A stretch of 59,595 bases of DNA, counting the filler, from Basidiobolus ranarum (lineage: Eukaryota): NCBI GenBank assembly GCA_040143965.1. It is 10 parts of 10 records of this genome, joined end to end, with 100 filler letters (N's around TTAATTAATTAA, not from the genome) between each part and the next. Parts side by side here need not be neighbours in the genome. Positions count along the whole stretch, not along the records: positions 11,963 to 17,840 come from JASJQH010008352.1; positions 17,941 to 23,818 come from JASJQH010008353.1; positions 23,919 to 29,791 come from JASJQH010008354.1; 7 more parts are not named here. One strand, 5' to 3'. Below, piece by piece: positions 13,437 to 26,645 of this stretch (position 1 is the first letter of the stretch; every line of letters starts with the position of its first letter). The translations under genes were made by a program, and so were the position numbers. The notes below the pieces were generated by a model. The model did no database searches, was not told where the DNA came from, and saw nothing but the letters and a program-made list of their open reading frames with translations.

Positions 13437-14265
13437 TTTTCTTAAGGAAGTATACCACGTTAGAATAGACTATTGGAAACTAGAGTAAGTGTATGGAACC
13501 GAATAAATATTAAGAAAAAATTATCTCAAACTAAATGTTTGAGAATGTTGGTTCATCGGGATAGAATCAATGTGTAATACAATTAGAAATCAAGATGATA
13601 AATCAACGCTTTATGACTTGTAGGGTGATACACAGCCACCATTTCCCAGAGTTTACGTTAATAGTTATAGGCCATACAAAGGAAGGCAATGCAATGCAAT
13701 CAATGAAATATAGTACTGGGTGGTCCTAGAGCGTTCATGTGAATTCTCAATGTACCCCACGACCTGTCACCTGTATACCAATTTACCTCGCTACCAAGAT
13801 TGGTCGATCAGAAAGATTAATCGATTTTAATCACTTTTCTGAACTTGCAAAACAAATATATATAAGGAAGTTGTCTGGCCTAATTGATTAGTTACATTAC
13901 TCTCCCACAGTATCTACACAACATTCACACAGCGTATGCACAATACTTTTTATTGACAACACAGATCTATTACGTATAACATTCACGTATTCCTACTCCC
14001 AGTTAATGTCAAGAACCATTCCAGTGGGTGGTTTAGTAGGTGGTAGAATATCGACCTCCAAAAGCAACGTTCCCACCAGCAGCACTCGATAGGTGGAACT
14101 GCTTAAATCATATTTAGTGTGACTGTCACAATGGGATTGTATTACTATGTAATTGATGGTCACTCATCCATATGTTGGGTTTATTGACGAATATATAAAC
14201 CTCAACCAACCTCTCACACCTTGAACTTTTTCATTTAATTTATTTCTACTCCAAAACTTCATAAA

Positions 14266-15625
14266 ATGCAACAGACCGAAGAAAAAAAACGTCACCTTAG
14301 GGTAGACATGCACACCCACATTCTCCCAAAACAATGGCCTGATCTTGCAAAAAAATATGGTTACTCAGGCTGGGTTCAGCTTGACCATTTTGAAGAGGTA
14401 AGTTCTCTATGAAGGTATATATTTCTCTCTATGACCCAAATTGATTGGGTTGCTTTTAGGGAAAGGCTCGTATGATGCGTGATGGCAAATGCTTTCGAGA
14501 AATAGAGTGTAATTGTTGGTCTCCTTCTCAAAGAATAGCCGAGTGTGACTCGTCCACTATAGACGTTCAAGTAAGTGTATTCCCCTAGGTGTTATTTTTG
14601 GTTCTGGGTTCCTAATGAATTTTACTGAAAGGTTCTATCAACTGTTCCAGTCATGTTCAATTACTGGGCTAAACCTAAAGATACGTTGGACCTTGCCAGA
14701 TATCTTAATGATCACATCGCTCAGGTGGTGGCTGAGGATCCCAAACGCTTTGTGGGCCTAGGTACCTTACCCATGCAGGATCCTGAATTAGCAGTCCAGG
14801 AACTTCACCGCTGTGTCAATGAACTTGGCTTGGCTGGAGTTCAAATTGGATCTCATGTAAATGAATGGAATCTGGATGCACCAGAGTTAGACCCAATTTT
14901 TGCGGTGAGCAACTCTTACACTATATATCGAGATACTGCAACCTCTACTAAAGGTTTCCTGGGAATAACTAAAGGCGGCAGAGGAACTCAATACTGCTAT
15001 ATTCGTACATCCGTGGGATATGGACACAAAATCACGTATGGAGAAGTATTGGTTTCCATGGCTCATCGGAATGGTAAGATCTTAATGAAGTATCCATCGA
15101 TTGAGTAGCTAATAATCATATGATATAGCCCTGTGAAACCACGATGGCCATTTGCTCGGTCACTTTCGGGGGAGTTCTGGATCGTTACCCTAAACTAAAG
15201 ATCGGCTTCGCTCATGGTGGAGGTTCATTTCCAGGAACACTGGGTCGCATTGAACACGGCTTCCATGCTCGACCTGATTTATGTGCTGTTAAGACAAAGA
15301 GAAGTCCCATGTAAGTAATATTGAATGAAAAGCATCGTTGCCTGGTTTGCTGACTTCAGTTTGGCGTGCCTTCAGGTCTTATCTTGATCAGATATGGATA
15401 GACTCCCTAGTTCATGATGAAGCAACCCTAGAGTTTGTCATCAAAAAGATGGGAATAGATCGGATTATGCTTGGTACCGACTACCCTTTTCCCCTTGGTG
15501 AGCTAGAACCAGGAAAGTTGGTCGACGAAAGCAAATGGCTATGTGAAGAAGACAAGGCCAAAATTCTCGGACTAAATGTATGCAAGTTCTTGAATATGGA
15601 CCCAGAATTCTACTTGAAAATGTAA
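14266..15625 (+). CDS. ACMSD: 2-amino-3-carboxymuconate-6-semialdehyde decarboxylase (amidohydrolase_2), 6 exons
   Basis: DMHTHILPKQWPDL, VLSTVPVMFNYWAKP, GLGTLPMQ, FVHPWDM, KYWFPWLIGMPCET, FAHGGGSFP, GTDYPFPLGE; five GT-AG introns. Confidence 0.92.
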
Positions 15626-16314
15626 AATACGAACCGTTGCTTTCCGCATGTAAATGTACTTTCATGGCCAATAAGTTACTCTTTCCATTGTGTAAATGTA
15701 CTCTCATGGGCAATTCCCGTGACCCGTGACTCTTGAATAAACCAATTGAGTAATCGATATAGAATCAGCGAGAATCAGCGATCTGGTTAGAATCTACATA
15801 TTTCGTGGAAATTCATTGGTGATATATATCCATGGCTATTAATCCAGAAGGTTTTTTATACGGAACCAATACTTTTCCTAGACTAAGCAGCTTATGTGCA
15901 GCACTTAATTGGGAAAGGGATGAAACTGATTAGGATATGCAGGTGTAGATAAATATGCAACTATGGCACTAAACATGCCAAACGTTTTAAATAATTAATC
16001 TTAAGATGTGGCGTAGCTTTACGATCAAGAGATAGTTGTGCAGTGGAAGTTTTCTTTTTATTGTAAAACATTGTTGTTGGATACACAATTCCAATCTCAT
16101 TAAAGAATATCCAATTTTCTAGGCGTGGACATTTTATAACTATGATACAAACAAATATGTCGAGGAATAAATGAAATAGCTTGTTGGAATGAATGTTATA
16201 TGACATGAAGAGGAAACGCTGGAAAAATTTTACAAGTACAATAATGTAGCAAATACGGCAGGGTAGATGACACCAATCATCTCTAGACTAATTTAGCACT
16301 TAATTTACGTTAAC

Positions 16315-17343
16315 TTAACGTTGAGAGGCTGAGCTACGTAAGATCTCTAACTCTTGCAACACCTCACAAAGTTTAGACTTGAGCGCGCCATTTTCACTTT
16401 GAAGTGCTTGGTTGACCCTTTCAAGATCGTGTAGGAATTGCGTGCGTTTTTCTCTACTCCTACGAGCAGCTAGTCTGTTGCGCTCTCGTCTTCTGTTGAG
16501 TCGCTTTTCGACGACAGTTTGCGGTAACTCGGGCTCGTTAGCACTTTTCATGGATTTTTTAGGACTGGCTCCTTTGGATTTCTTGTCCTTTTCGAGATCA
16601 ACTCCATCTTCAAAGGTGAAAGAAGCAGGACTGCTAAACTCCTCCTCAATAGTAGGGACTTTACCATTATTTTGATTCATTATATCAATGAATGAATCTT
16701 GGTTCTTTTGAAGCTGAATGTTGGCTGCGGAGCGGTGTGCGGATTGCGAGAAATCCATGCCATCCATGTTCATAGCAGTGCTGCTCAAATCTCCCCAAGA
16801 ATAAACTCTTTTCCGACTATTTGAAAGGTCCGGATATTCTGGGAGATTACCAAGGGAGGTTCCCGAAAAACTAGAGCGTCTGGGGGCGTTTGATTCAGGA
16901 GTCTGACCAACTGTCAAATTACCGGAAGGAAAAGAAGTTAACACGCCGGTTGAGTTGGGCTGAGCAAAGTTACTCCAATCAAAGCGGTTTGGCATCATAT
17001 CATAGGGACCCATTGACGCGGCTTGAGATATAATATTCTCGGGAAAGCAGGTTTGAGAATCAATGTTTTGAGTCATGGGGTAGTTGATTGAATTTTCGTC
17101 TTCGCTGACACTGCTTCGATTCTCAGTCAGTCTAGGTAAGTTTTCAGATGCGTCGTTGTGCATGGAATCAATTTCGCTGTCGCTCTGGTTAAGGATTTCG
17201 TTATAAAACTCACTTTCAAAGTTGTTTATGGCCTCGTTCTTGGTGTCGACAAGATCATCCATTAAACCCCAAATGGGGTTTGCCATAGAGTCTGAGAGCA
17301 TGTGTGAAGGGAAATTGGCCATATTGTTGGTAGCAAGCTCCAT
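16315..17343 (-). CDS. bZIP transcription factor
   Basis: C-terminal RRERNRLAARRSREKR basic region plus leucine heptads; long acidic/Ser-rich N-terminus; first in-frame ATG at 17343. Confidence 0.88.
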   Translation of the reverse strand: MELATNNMANFPSHMLSDSMANPIWGLMDDLVDTKNEAINNFESEFYNEILNQSDSEIDSMHNDASENLPRLTENRSSVSEDENSINYPMTQNIDSQTCFPENIISQAASMGPYDMMPNRFDWSNFAQPNSTGVLTSFPSGNLTVGQTPESNAPRRSSFSGTSLGNLPEYPDLSNSRKRVYSWGDLSSTAMNMDGMDFSQSAHRSAANIQLQKNQDSFIDIMNQNNGKVPTIEEEFSSPASFTFEDGVDLEKDKKSKGASPKKSMKSANEPELPQTVVEKRLNRRRERNRLAARRSREKRTQFLHDLERVNQALQSENGALKSKLCEVLQELEILRSSASQR

Positions 17344-17840
17344 GATATGTGGTATGAACAAATTATTACTTTGTGTTGAATCTCGTGGGTAGTACGGTAA
17401 AAGACGCTAGACAAAGTTGTTTTGGACGGGTTTTCCGAAAGGGTGTCCACCTCTATTATATAGGTTTTTGATGGCTTCTAGTTCTCAGAGAAACAATGGC
17501 GGTGTAATGGTTCGTCACATTTTGATTTTACTTCTGATAGAGGTGATTGGCCCTGATTCAAACTCGGTTCTCATGATATTCAAGCAAGCGTTATCTTGCA
17601 GTAAAAAAATCCAGTAACATATTTCTTGGTATTTTACATCGAATAGAATAAGAAAGAATTTAGAACACCATTCCAAATTGAGACATCATTAATTACTAAA
17701 TATAGATGCATATGCTTCATGAAAACCTAGAGTCCATAGGGTAGGATAGGCTGTTACACAAACCTCATCGAAGTATGGAATATCCAAGATTTGCCTTACT
17801 TTAAGTATCAGGTTGGCGTCAATGACTTTCGGGATGTACA

Positions 17841-17940
17841 NNNNNNNNNNNNNNNNNNNNNNNNNNNNNNNNNNNNNNNNNNNNTTAATTAATTAANNNN
17901 NNNNNNNNNNNNNNNNNNNNNNNNNNNNNNNNNNNNNNNN
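17841..17940. other. Artificial contig spacer
   Basis: N-run with TTAATTAATTAA. Confidence 0.98.
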
Positions 17941-18399
17941 ATGAAGAATATTATCAGACTTGTGCCAGACATCAAGGTTATTTTTGCTTACGAGGTCAAG
18001 GGCAGCGTCCGAACGCTTTACCTGGACCAGCTGATGGTTGTCGTCTCGAAGACATGTATGCCGCTGTTTAAAACTGCGTAGTTGACGTCGCATACAACTG
18101 ATTGGAAGAAACTTACAATCAAAACTGGACTTTAGTCAGGGGAATTACTCGCACTTTACACAAGTTGCGCATGATTAAGACAGCATTCAGACTATTGATC
18201 CTATTGAAATAATCCGGTTTACTCCAAGATGATTGTAAACATGAACCTTGTCTCATATATAAGGCCTTTGGACTCTCGAATGTCATCATAGATAAGCACT
18301 TAAACTACCATCATAAGAAGCAGCTAGAAATCCTTTATTCCTTCCACCCTTCTTCGTTGTGAAAGATACTCTTCCTACTTAGTAACGAACAACCCGAAA

Positions 18400-18699
18400 A
18401 TGTCTAACATTGACTCAACATCTCACAAAACCCGAAGGGAATCTTCCCCTACCTCGTCCATCTCATCTGCCTCAACTTCAAGCGATATTCACGTCAAAGA
18501 GTACTTCAGCGAGTACGACCACACACCTATCCTAATTACCAAGAAATCCTTTGGTTTCATATGGAATGAAGAGGCATTTGCTTCTCGCTCCTCTTCTCTG
18601 TACCACAAGCTAAACAATCGGGCACATCATCGTCACCGGGATGAAGTTCAAGTACATGAAATCCGTCTGGCCGATCAAGAAAGTATACTTCCTTCTTGA
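18400..18699 (+). CDS. Small hypothetical protein (99 aa)
   Basis: ATG in AAAATG context; TATATAA ~140 nt upstream; Ser-rich N-terminus and motif-like ILITKKSFGFIWNEE and VQVHEIRL. Confidence 0.65.
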   Translation: MSNIDSTSHKTRRESSPTSSISSASTSSDIHVKEYFSEYDHTPILITKKSFGFIWNEEAFASRSSSLYHKLNNRAHHRHRDEVQVHEIRLADQESILPS

Positions 18700-19594
18700 G
18701 TGACTAACATATAACTCTTAATCCAGCTTAACGACTTGTAGCATCAATCCTGGCATAGATTAGTTTTTGAGGCTGTATAGATCGTTATTGCAAATTATTA
18801 TCGTGTACTCATCGCAATCAATATAAAAATAAACCATGTACATACCTAATGATGCAACCCCTCCCTACGCTGTCTACTTTTATGGAGTCGAAATTCATGG
18901 GAAAATACCTTTCTACCCTTATACAGCCATTAACCCACACACTGCACTCATCTCCTACAAGAGTAAAGATTTCCTTGCACCTCTGCTTTGCTGCCACACA
19001 AGATCGATTCAGTTAGTAAATCAGTTAGTAAATGAAAAAATAGTAACTATTCTTATTTGCAGTCTCTGCCAAGCAAATTTGAATTGGCAAATCAAGTACA
19101 AATTTGTACCACGCTAGATCCTTACACTTGCACCTCCTCTTAAGCTATTCACTAGGGGCTGGCCCAAAGTTCACCATATCCATATGAATGATTTATATAT
19201 ATATCAATACTCATGGGAAAAATCGTCATCCATGAGTCAATGAACGACAAAAATGATATACTTGCTCGCAGATGTCAAGTGTATTTTTAGTCAGCCTTGC
19301 GAAAGTAGTAATTAATAATCATCGGATATTTAAGTTGCTTTCCTTTGACATCAAATCAAATTGATCAAAAATAGCTATGGGGCAGGCACACTACACTCAT
19401 TCATATCTTTGTACTCCACAAATCACGTGACCAATCAAGAACGTGGATAATTACCCATATTTAGAACTAGAGAAAGAAATGGAGCACATAAAAAAGCGAG
19501 TAATTCGTTGAGGAATACTGGCTACATATACTTGACGGGTGTGTGCTTTCTCCAACAATAAGCATTTTGATTTTATACACTACTAATTGAGAAT

Positions 19595-20531
19595 ATGAGT
19601 TGGTTCCTTAACAAGATCAAACGTACTCTAACCGGGGATGGAAGTAGTGAACCCAACACTTTCAGTTTACCTGAGGATTACGACTACGTTAATGAGAGTG
19701 AATGTATGGGCTGCGAAGACCCTTGTGATGACCATAAGCAATATCCTAGTTACCTTAAGATAGATCGAGAAGAATCCATGGAAGGGACCGTCAAGCCTTA
19801 CTTTAAGCAGCTCTTAATTTCTACCGGAAAACATGATTGGGCAGAGCGCATTGAAGAGGTGCAAGGAAGTCTACCAGCAGCATTAAGCGAAAAAATAGCT
19901 AACCGCAAAGGACCTAGAATTATTGTGACAAATACAAGTAGAAAAATACCCGAAGGAATCAAAGAGGGCGACCACGAAGTTATCATTTTACCTGATAACA
20001 AACTGGTTCGTAATGTTAACATCAGCAATTTAGATTGCTTCCTCGATACATATGTCTACAGTAATGACCAACATTTAGAAGAATTCGAGGTAGAACAACT
20101 GCCAAAAGAGCTTGGCTTTATTTTGATCTGTTCTCACAAGAGAAGAGATAAGCGATGCGGAGTCACCGCACCCATTTTAGAAGAAGAATTCCTCCGAGTA
20201 CTTAAAGAAAAAGAAATGCAAAACAAGGTCGAGGTTTTGATGGTCAGTCATATTGGAGGTAAACTTATGATATCTTTCATATAATTCAGAATCGTACTTG
20301 ATAATTGATTGTATATCATAGGACACAAATTCGCTGGTAACGTTATTGTATATCCAGGTAAGCTTTCCTATGATGATTTTGTATTCAATGAAAACTCCTA
20401 ATATCAATTTTCTTCTAGTTGGTGTATGGTACGGCCGTGTCAAATCTTGTCATGCTAAAGCTATTGTGGAGAAAACGCTTCTTGATGAGCATATTATTCA
20501 GGAACTGTATCGTGGTAGGCTCGATTGGTAG
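19595..20531 (+). CDS. APD1: Apd1/Aim32-family sucraseferredoxin-like (thioredoxin-fold 2Fe-2S) protein
   Basis: Exons 19595-20258, 20322-20357, 20419-20531 give ICSHKRRDKRCG, SHIGGHKFAGNVIVYP, GVWYGRV, ELYRG. Confidence 0.88.
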
Positions 20532-22448
20532 ACTTTCCTTAAATCTCACTGGTCATTTTCAACTAGTTTTTCGCATCTAAATAATCACACATACCCTACA
20601 TGAGTTTTTTAATACGGCTCCTGAGGAGGTTGAGAGTCATCAACAATAAATTGTTGTAAACATCACTTTCATTGACCAGCATTTATTTGGTTCCATCTCC
20701 AAGGCAATTCTTCCAGCTAACTTTAGCTCATGCGATAGAATATCTGGGGCAAATGCTTCAATATCGCAGATACTTTTGTCGTGGATAGCTACATGCAAAA
20801 CAAGCATGCATAACTATCAAGTCAGCAATCCTCAAATAAATGACATTATATGGTATTCTATATTCGCTATCACTGAAACATGCCTTAATGTTACGCAGTT
20901 AATCACTTAGTGTCACGACTGCTAATCTCTTTGGCCTCAGCAATATATGTTTATGTCTCAGGGTCATTCATTGCAGGGCTTTCTTGATTGTCATTCTGGT
21001 ACTCACTCCCTCTTGGGTAACTGTTTTTGTATTTTCAACGAGCATACACAGATTTAGCAATCTTTGGGTTATCTTCTAAACATTCCTTTGCTTTGCGAAA
21101 TTAGGTTTCATAGCCGAACTTCCTTTTAAATCATGCGTGTGCTATGTTGAGAGCATTGGTTCGATTATATATACACCTTCAGTTATCTAGGTTACTCTTA
21201 GGAAAGTTGATCATTCTCAGTCATTAAACACACTTGGGTGCATTATCCTCCATGTTCCACTTGTTAGAACCATTTCTTTGATAAGATACTTGGAGCTCTT
21301 CCAATATATCCAATTAGTGCCATAATCAATATTCAGAAACGACATATATGGAGTTTCCAGTTGGTTGCTGCTAAACCATGGATATCGTATCTGCTATAGA
21401 TCAGGTGACTTCTGAAACTGGCAATGTCCAACAATACGGTGGTATATAGTATATAGACCACCTAGACTCAACTAGGAATTCGGAACAAATGATGTCTTCG
21501 TCAACTCAGACAAAGAAGGGGCTGCCTATAAGCTCATATACTCCTATCTCCAGATGAAGGAAATTGTGGGGGATGGTTTTGGGGAATCAAGTGCTTATAT
21601 ACAACTCTTTAGTGCTGAAACGAATACATCAATTGTTCCAGATATACCTGACTCATGTACATGCTTTGACTAATATAATTGGATAATTTGGAAGGCCCTT
21701 GCTATTTTAGGAGCATCCTAGAAACATACTCCAAAGATGAAGTGAATAAATTGTTATATTTACATGATGTAAAAATGTTGATGTCAGATATGAGCATTCA
21801 TCTCTACCTCTACATAACTAATGCACATCAATCAAGTATCTTAATTCTGAAACGATCTATTACAGATTCACTTCCATTTTACCAAGGCTGTATTTAAAGT
21901 TACTAGCCAATTTATGCATTTCTAGCCATAGCGCTGCTCATAAAGCCATCATCCCACCACAACTTGACTTAATATCTTGTTATTTTCTACTTGATGTCAA
22001 CGTTATGCAAATGGGTCTACATCTTATTGCTTCCCACTTTCGTCAGGACTGTTAATCTAACGAATGTAACACAAAGTAGGTCATAACTAAACTCCGAGGA
22101 TTACCACACTTTGCTAAGCCAATGTTTTTTAAGATTCTTGCTCCGAATTGTTAGATTGTTCAACTTGCAGTCTAGCGAATGGTTGTGGATTCTGTACTAA
22201 GGTATTGAACGTAACTTTTACTCTGCTATCGTTGAGAAGCAAAGTTCTTACACATCTATAAGAGTCAGCAATGCATTCAAGGTAGTTGGTTTGAACCTAG
22301 TAAGGAAGCTGAATGCGCGACAGAAGATTATCTTTATGGACAGTGTTATAGTAAATATATTCAATTTTTTTTCTGTTGTTTGTAGCACTATATTCTTAGC
22401 CCATTTTCCTTTTCTCTAAACAAATACATTGCAGTTCCGAATGTACAT

Positions 22449-22841
22449 GTGCTTAGCATCATCACCTTATTGATAGGCGGCTTGTTAGGGCTCACTGCTA
22501 TATATATTATTTATATGATTTTTAGCCATATGCTGTCTACAGAAGAGGAAAAAATATACTTACTATCACGCTCTTCAAGACGTATTTCGTTTAGTACTCC
22601 GTGGACTTTTGATGAAGAAGCTGGAATGAGTAATGGTAACTCTGAGGGTGCTTGGTCTCGAATCTTAGGAGTAGGAAGCAAGTTAAAGCAAAAATATAAA
22701 AAAGTGGATGAAAATTCCATTGAAACTGGTTCCACCACTTCTTCAATTATCAATCCAACCGAAAATGAGCCATGGGAAGCGGATCGAAAGCAGGAACTGA
22801 TCAGACAATATATTAACCCCTCTTACCAAAGAAGAACATAA
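22449..22841 (+). CDS. Hypothetical single-pass membrane protein; true start unresolved
   Basis: Open 130-codon frame with an N-terminal hydrophobic helix and a hydrophilic tail; ORF starts at GTG just after a possible acceptor (ttgcag), so an upstream exon is likely. Confidence 0.5.
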   Translation: MLSIITLLIGGLLGLTAIYIIYMIFSHMLSTEEEKIYLLSRSSRRISFSTPWTFDEEAGMSNGNSEGAWSRILGVGSKLKQKYKKVDENSIETGSTTSSIINPTENEPWEADRKQELIRQYINPSYQRRT

Positions 22842-23818
22842 AAAATTGAGCTCCAAGATCTATACATTATTGAATATAAAAATAGGTAATAACTGTATAC
22901 AATTTGCAAAGAAATGTCCAAATAAACCATGTCGCTCAGTACATATATATATATAACTAGAACGCATCGATAAGTTTCCATGGAATGTCTTTGAAATCCA
23001 GTCATCACATCATGGTGCTCACCAGGAAAACCAAGTGGAATTCGATGAAGTTAGTGAATATCTGAGCTCCAAAGCACTCAAGGCAAGCGCACCAAAGCTG
23101 TAGCCCGCATTGGATGCAAATACCCACCGGTTTACTTTGTATTGGCAGTATTAGGTGTGACTTCAATCGGATTGAGCAGGGAAGGTAGATTGGCTTACAC
23201 GAAATGGGATTTGGCGTTCCGATTAGTGTCAGACACTAAGGATCTAGAAGCCATAGACCATGTACTTTTTTGTGTTTTTCAGTGCTTTAGATGAATGGCG
23301 TTTATCTGTATAAAGAAGGTGCGTAACTCCAATGCTAGATTACATCAACCTAAGTCATTAACAGTGAGTTGGAGTGTGAAAGCATGATATCATAGCAGCC
23401 TGGCCCAGTCCTTCTAGCTTGGACAAGCTAGAGTTCATGAGCACGTACTACGCATACTCAAGCTGGGCACATGCAGCCAAATTACCAGATCTCAATGCAC
23501 GTTGTGTAAGCCCCCTTGTCATTCCTCCGGTCCTCATTGTTAGAGCCGGCAATTGGTGTATGCTGACTGGAGGTTTATCAACAATCCAACATTGCCACTG
23601 ATTTGCCGAAAAGCAAGTTCTTTAACCAAGCTATCTCGTATCTGTTAAGAAATGAGCCAACTTAGAGCATATTCGATGAAATCAATTACGACTGATTCTC
23701 TGCAAAATTAATCAAGTGTAAATGCGCTACGTGAGGCAATCAATACTCATATATAGGTTGTAGGCCCTTAATAACTTGATCGATCTTTTTACAAATCACT
23801 CTGCCACATTCTCACACA

Positions 23819-23918
23819 NNNNNNNNNNNNNNNNNNNNNNNNNNNNNNNNNNNNNNNNNNNNTTAATTAATTAANNNNNNNNNNNNNNNNNNNNNNNNNN
23901 NNNNNNNNNNNNNNNNNN
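23819..23918. other. Artificial contig spacer
   Basis: N-run with TTAATTAATTAA. Confidence 0.98.
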
Positions 23919-23970
23919 CGATGTGGAAGGCTGTGGTGGAAGACTGGACTGTTGCTTTCATGTCACTCAT
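23919..23970 (-). CDS. 5' end of a second DDGS copy (inverted), cut by contig start
   Basis: Reverse complement reads [17 protein letters not shown] versus [17 protein letters not shown] at 27317; the 16 nt upstream of the ATG (ctattcaattcttaac) are identical. Confidence 0.85.
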
Positions 23971-25544
23971 GTTAAGAATTGAATAGGAATGTTAAGATGC
24001 TATAACTAGCTCAACCCACGACTTAATATATACCTTTTTCAGTTGTATCGGCGATGTTGCTATTTGAACGGTGAGTTTATGACTGAAGCATCATTTAATT
24101 CGTTAGCTACAAATCGAGTATACCCTAACCTGATCGTTCATATCGTTCAATAATATGTCTGCGATCCCCCTTCCTTCCAGAGACGAGTCTTAGGTATGCT
24201 TGCGTTAAAGGATTCGGCGAAGTAGATGCTTGATTACGTGGAGTATATTAGGGGTAAGCATTATGTTACACGACGGAGTATTAAACCTGATAAGTTTAGG
24301 TGTAATGCTTTGGGCTCTTCTGAATCATCTGGGACAAGGGGGTACGGTAATCAATGATTGTGTGAAGCAAACCTTCTCACCACTTTATGCTTAATCATCT
24401 CATCTTTTCAGAGCATGTTTCAGTGGACCGTAACAAATAACATGGACGGTGATTGTCACTGATTCAGTATTGTCAATATGCCGATAAGTGCTTGAGTGAG
24501 AATCGGATCGGTGTTTGTATATGAATGAACAATCTCATCATCGAGGAATAGTACATTTGTCTCTTGTAGTGCATCCAGTAACTCGTCTCTAGAGGCTTAG
24601 GATCGTTTCGATACTTCTAGAAATAACCCTCAGATCCAAGTGTAACTCATTCCTGATAATACTTCTTGATTCGTTCTTGTATGTGTCAGGTTTAGGAACT
24701 AATTATTGGATAGCATTCGCATTGCGTCGTTTATATAAGCGTTAAAATCCAGTCTTAGCTTCACAGTCGATTCAAACCACTGAAATTACAAGATCGCGAC
24801 TTGATTATTGACCTTTGATTCTACGATTACCACAACCTGATAATATCTGCGAATACATCACTGCTACCCCCATGGATTCAATTCATAGGTCTGTTACGTG
24901 GTTACGTTGAGGTACAAATATATTGAGCCCCTTGCGACTAACCGTTTAGCTCGAATAGAATAGGATCATCTGTCGCTGATGGAGCAGGCTTGACGATCGA
25001 TGCTCCAGGTGTGGAGTCGGTAACGCAATAGAATATCAGCGACGGTAGTAGTACGTAGTGCTAAATCCATTTAATATATGCTATTATTGCCACAGAAATA
25101 GGGGATATGAAACTGTATTCTCCTTGATCCTCTGAGAGATGTAGTCCATAGTGAATCGGTTAACCGTTAACCTTTATTAACATCATGTCACCATCGTGGC
25201 TATCCAGTTTCCTGGAACGTGAGCTATGAGATATATATTTAAATTCGATTTTACAATCCGAGCGCATGACTCAGAGTTGTGGTTGCAATGGGTTCTTCTC
25301 ATTAGCGAGGTTTCACTTCCATAGACGCACATCGGGGTTCGGATGTCTATAGAGATGTTATTAGTGATGCAATTGGTCGTCAATAGTATATCCACTGTTG
25401 CCATCTATTCAGCGAACATTGCGTTTCTCCCTCATTGATGAGCATGCCCGTCTGACGTATACATCGGAAAATACGAGGAATTGGAGACAATTTAAGAACC
25501 ACGATTTCACTCCTGCTCAACCATCAATTGCATACAACCAAAAC

Positions 25545-26645
25545 ATGAGCAAGCCTAAAGCTACGCAACCTCCAGTCGATGGATCTTTTACTTACTTCAA
25601 TGATGGACGTGAGTGTGCTACGCAATGAAACTGCAAGCCAACTCTTACTTATACTTACACTATCAATTTATAGGAGAGGTAGAGCTTCTTCGTTACGTTT
25701 ATGCGTTGGGTTCTCAAGTCGAGAATAATCCTCAGGCAATTCTCGATGCAATTGACAAGTTCGGTAACGAAGAAAAGTACTTGATGAACGTAGGTCAATG
25801 GAAAGGCGTTACTGTTGAGGAACAGATAAAGGAGAATAAACCTAAGGTAACAAATATGCTTACTTTTTTATCTTCAACCAGATACATTTACCGCTTTTAC
25901 TGGTAGGTTATGGTTGAATTGGGCTGTTACGTCGGCTACAGTGCTATATCCTTCGCTAGGCATCTAAAAAACATTCCTGGATCACGTTATTACTCGATTG
26001 AAATGGATCCTCTCTTTTCTGCGATTGCCACCAAGGTAACGAATTCTACAGATGTATGAATAAAGTAGATATGCCAGTAGTAATGCGGCGCTTCCAATGT
26101 TATTGTAGCTAATCGAACTTGCAGGTCTACAGGATATCGTGAAGGTACAAATTATTGATTCATTACTCCATAGGATGACTCATCAACCTTAACTTCCAGG
26201 TTATCACAGCCTCCGCTGATAAGGGGTTATTAAAGTTACAAAAGCAATACAAAGTTGATAAAGTGGATTTCTTTTTTATTGATCACACCAAGGATCGGTA
26301 CTTAATATCTTATTGGTTTGGCTACCACTAGATACTAATCACTACTTATCCAATATCCAGTTATTTGCCAGATTTACAAACCATAGAGTCATTACAACTA
26401 CTACAAAAGGTGAACAATACATTCCAGTGGGATCGGCACTTCATATTCAAGCCGCTAAAGCTAACGTGATATTTTCTGCACTTTAGGGGTCCGTAATCGT
26501 TGCTGATAATGTCATTCAGCCAGGGAATCCCCCTTATCTAAACTACATTCGTAACCACAAACACTTTTCAAGCAGAATGGTAGAAAGTTACGAGCCATAT
26601 ACTGCTGTAAAGGACGCTATTGAAATATCTGTCTATACTGATTGA
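25545..26645 (+). CDS. Catechol-O-methyltransferase-like SAM-dependent O-methyltransferase (MysB-equivalent), 7 exons
   Basis: Spliced YFNDGR/EVELLRYV...AIDKFG...YLMNVGQWKG...KPK/VMVELGCYVGYSAI...FIDHTKDR/YLPDL.../GSVIVADNVIQPGNPPY...KDAIEISVYTD*; adjacent to DDGS. Confidence 0.88.

Noticed and set aside
20600-23700. Short ORFs and protein-like fragments around the 22449 ORF
   Set aside because: No recognisable domains or consistent exon chain
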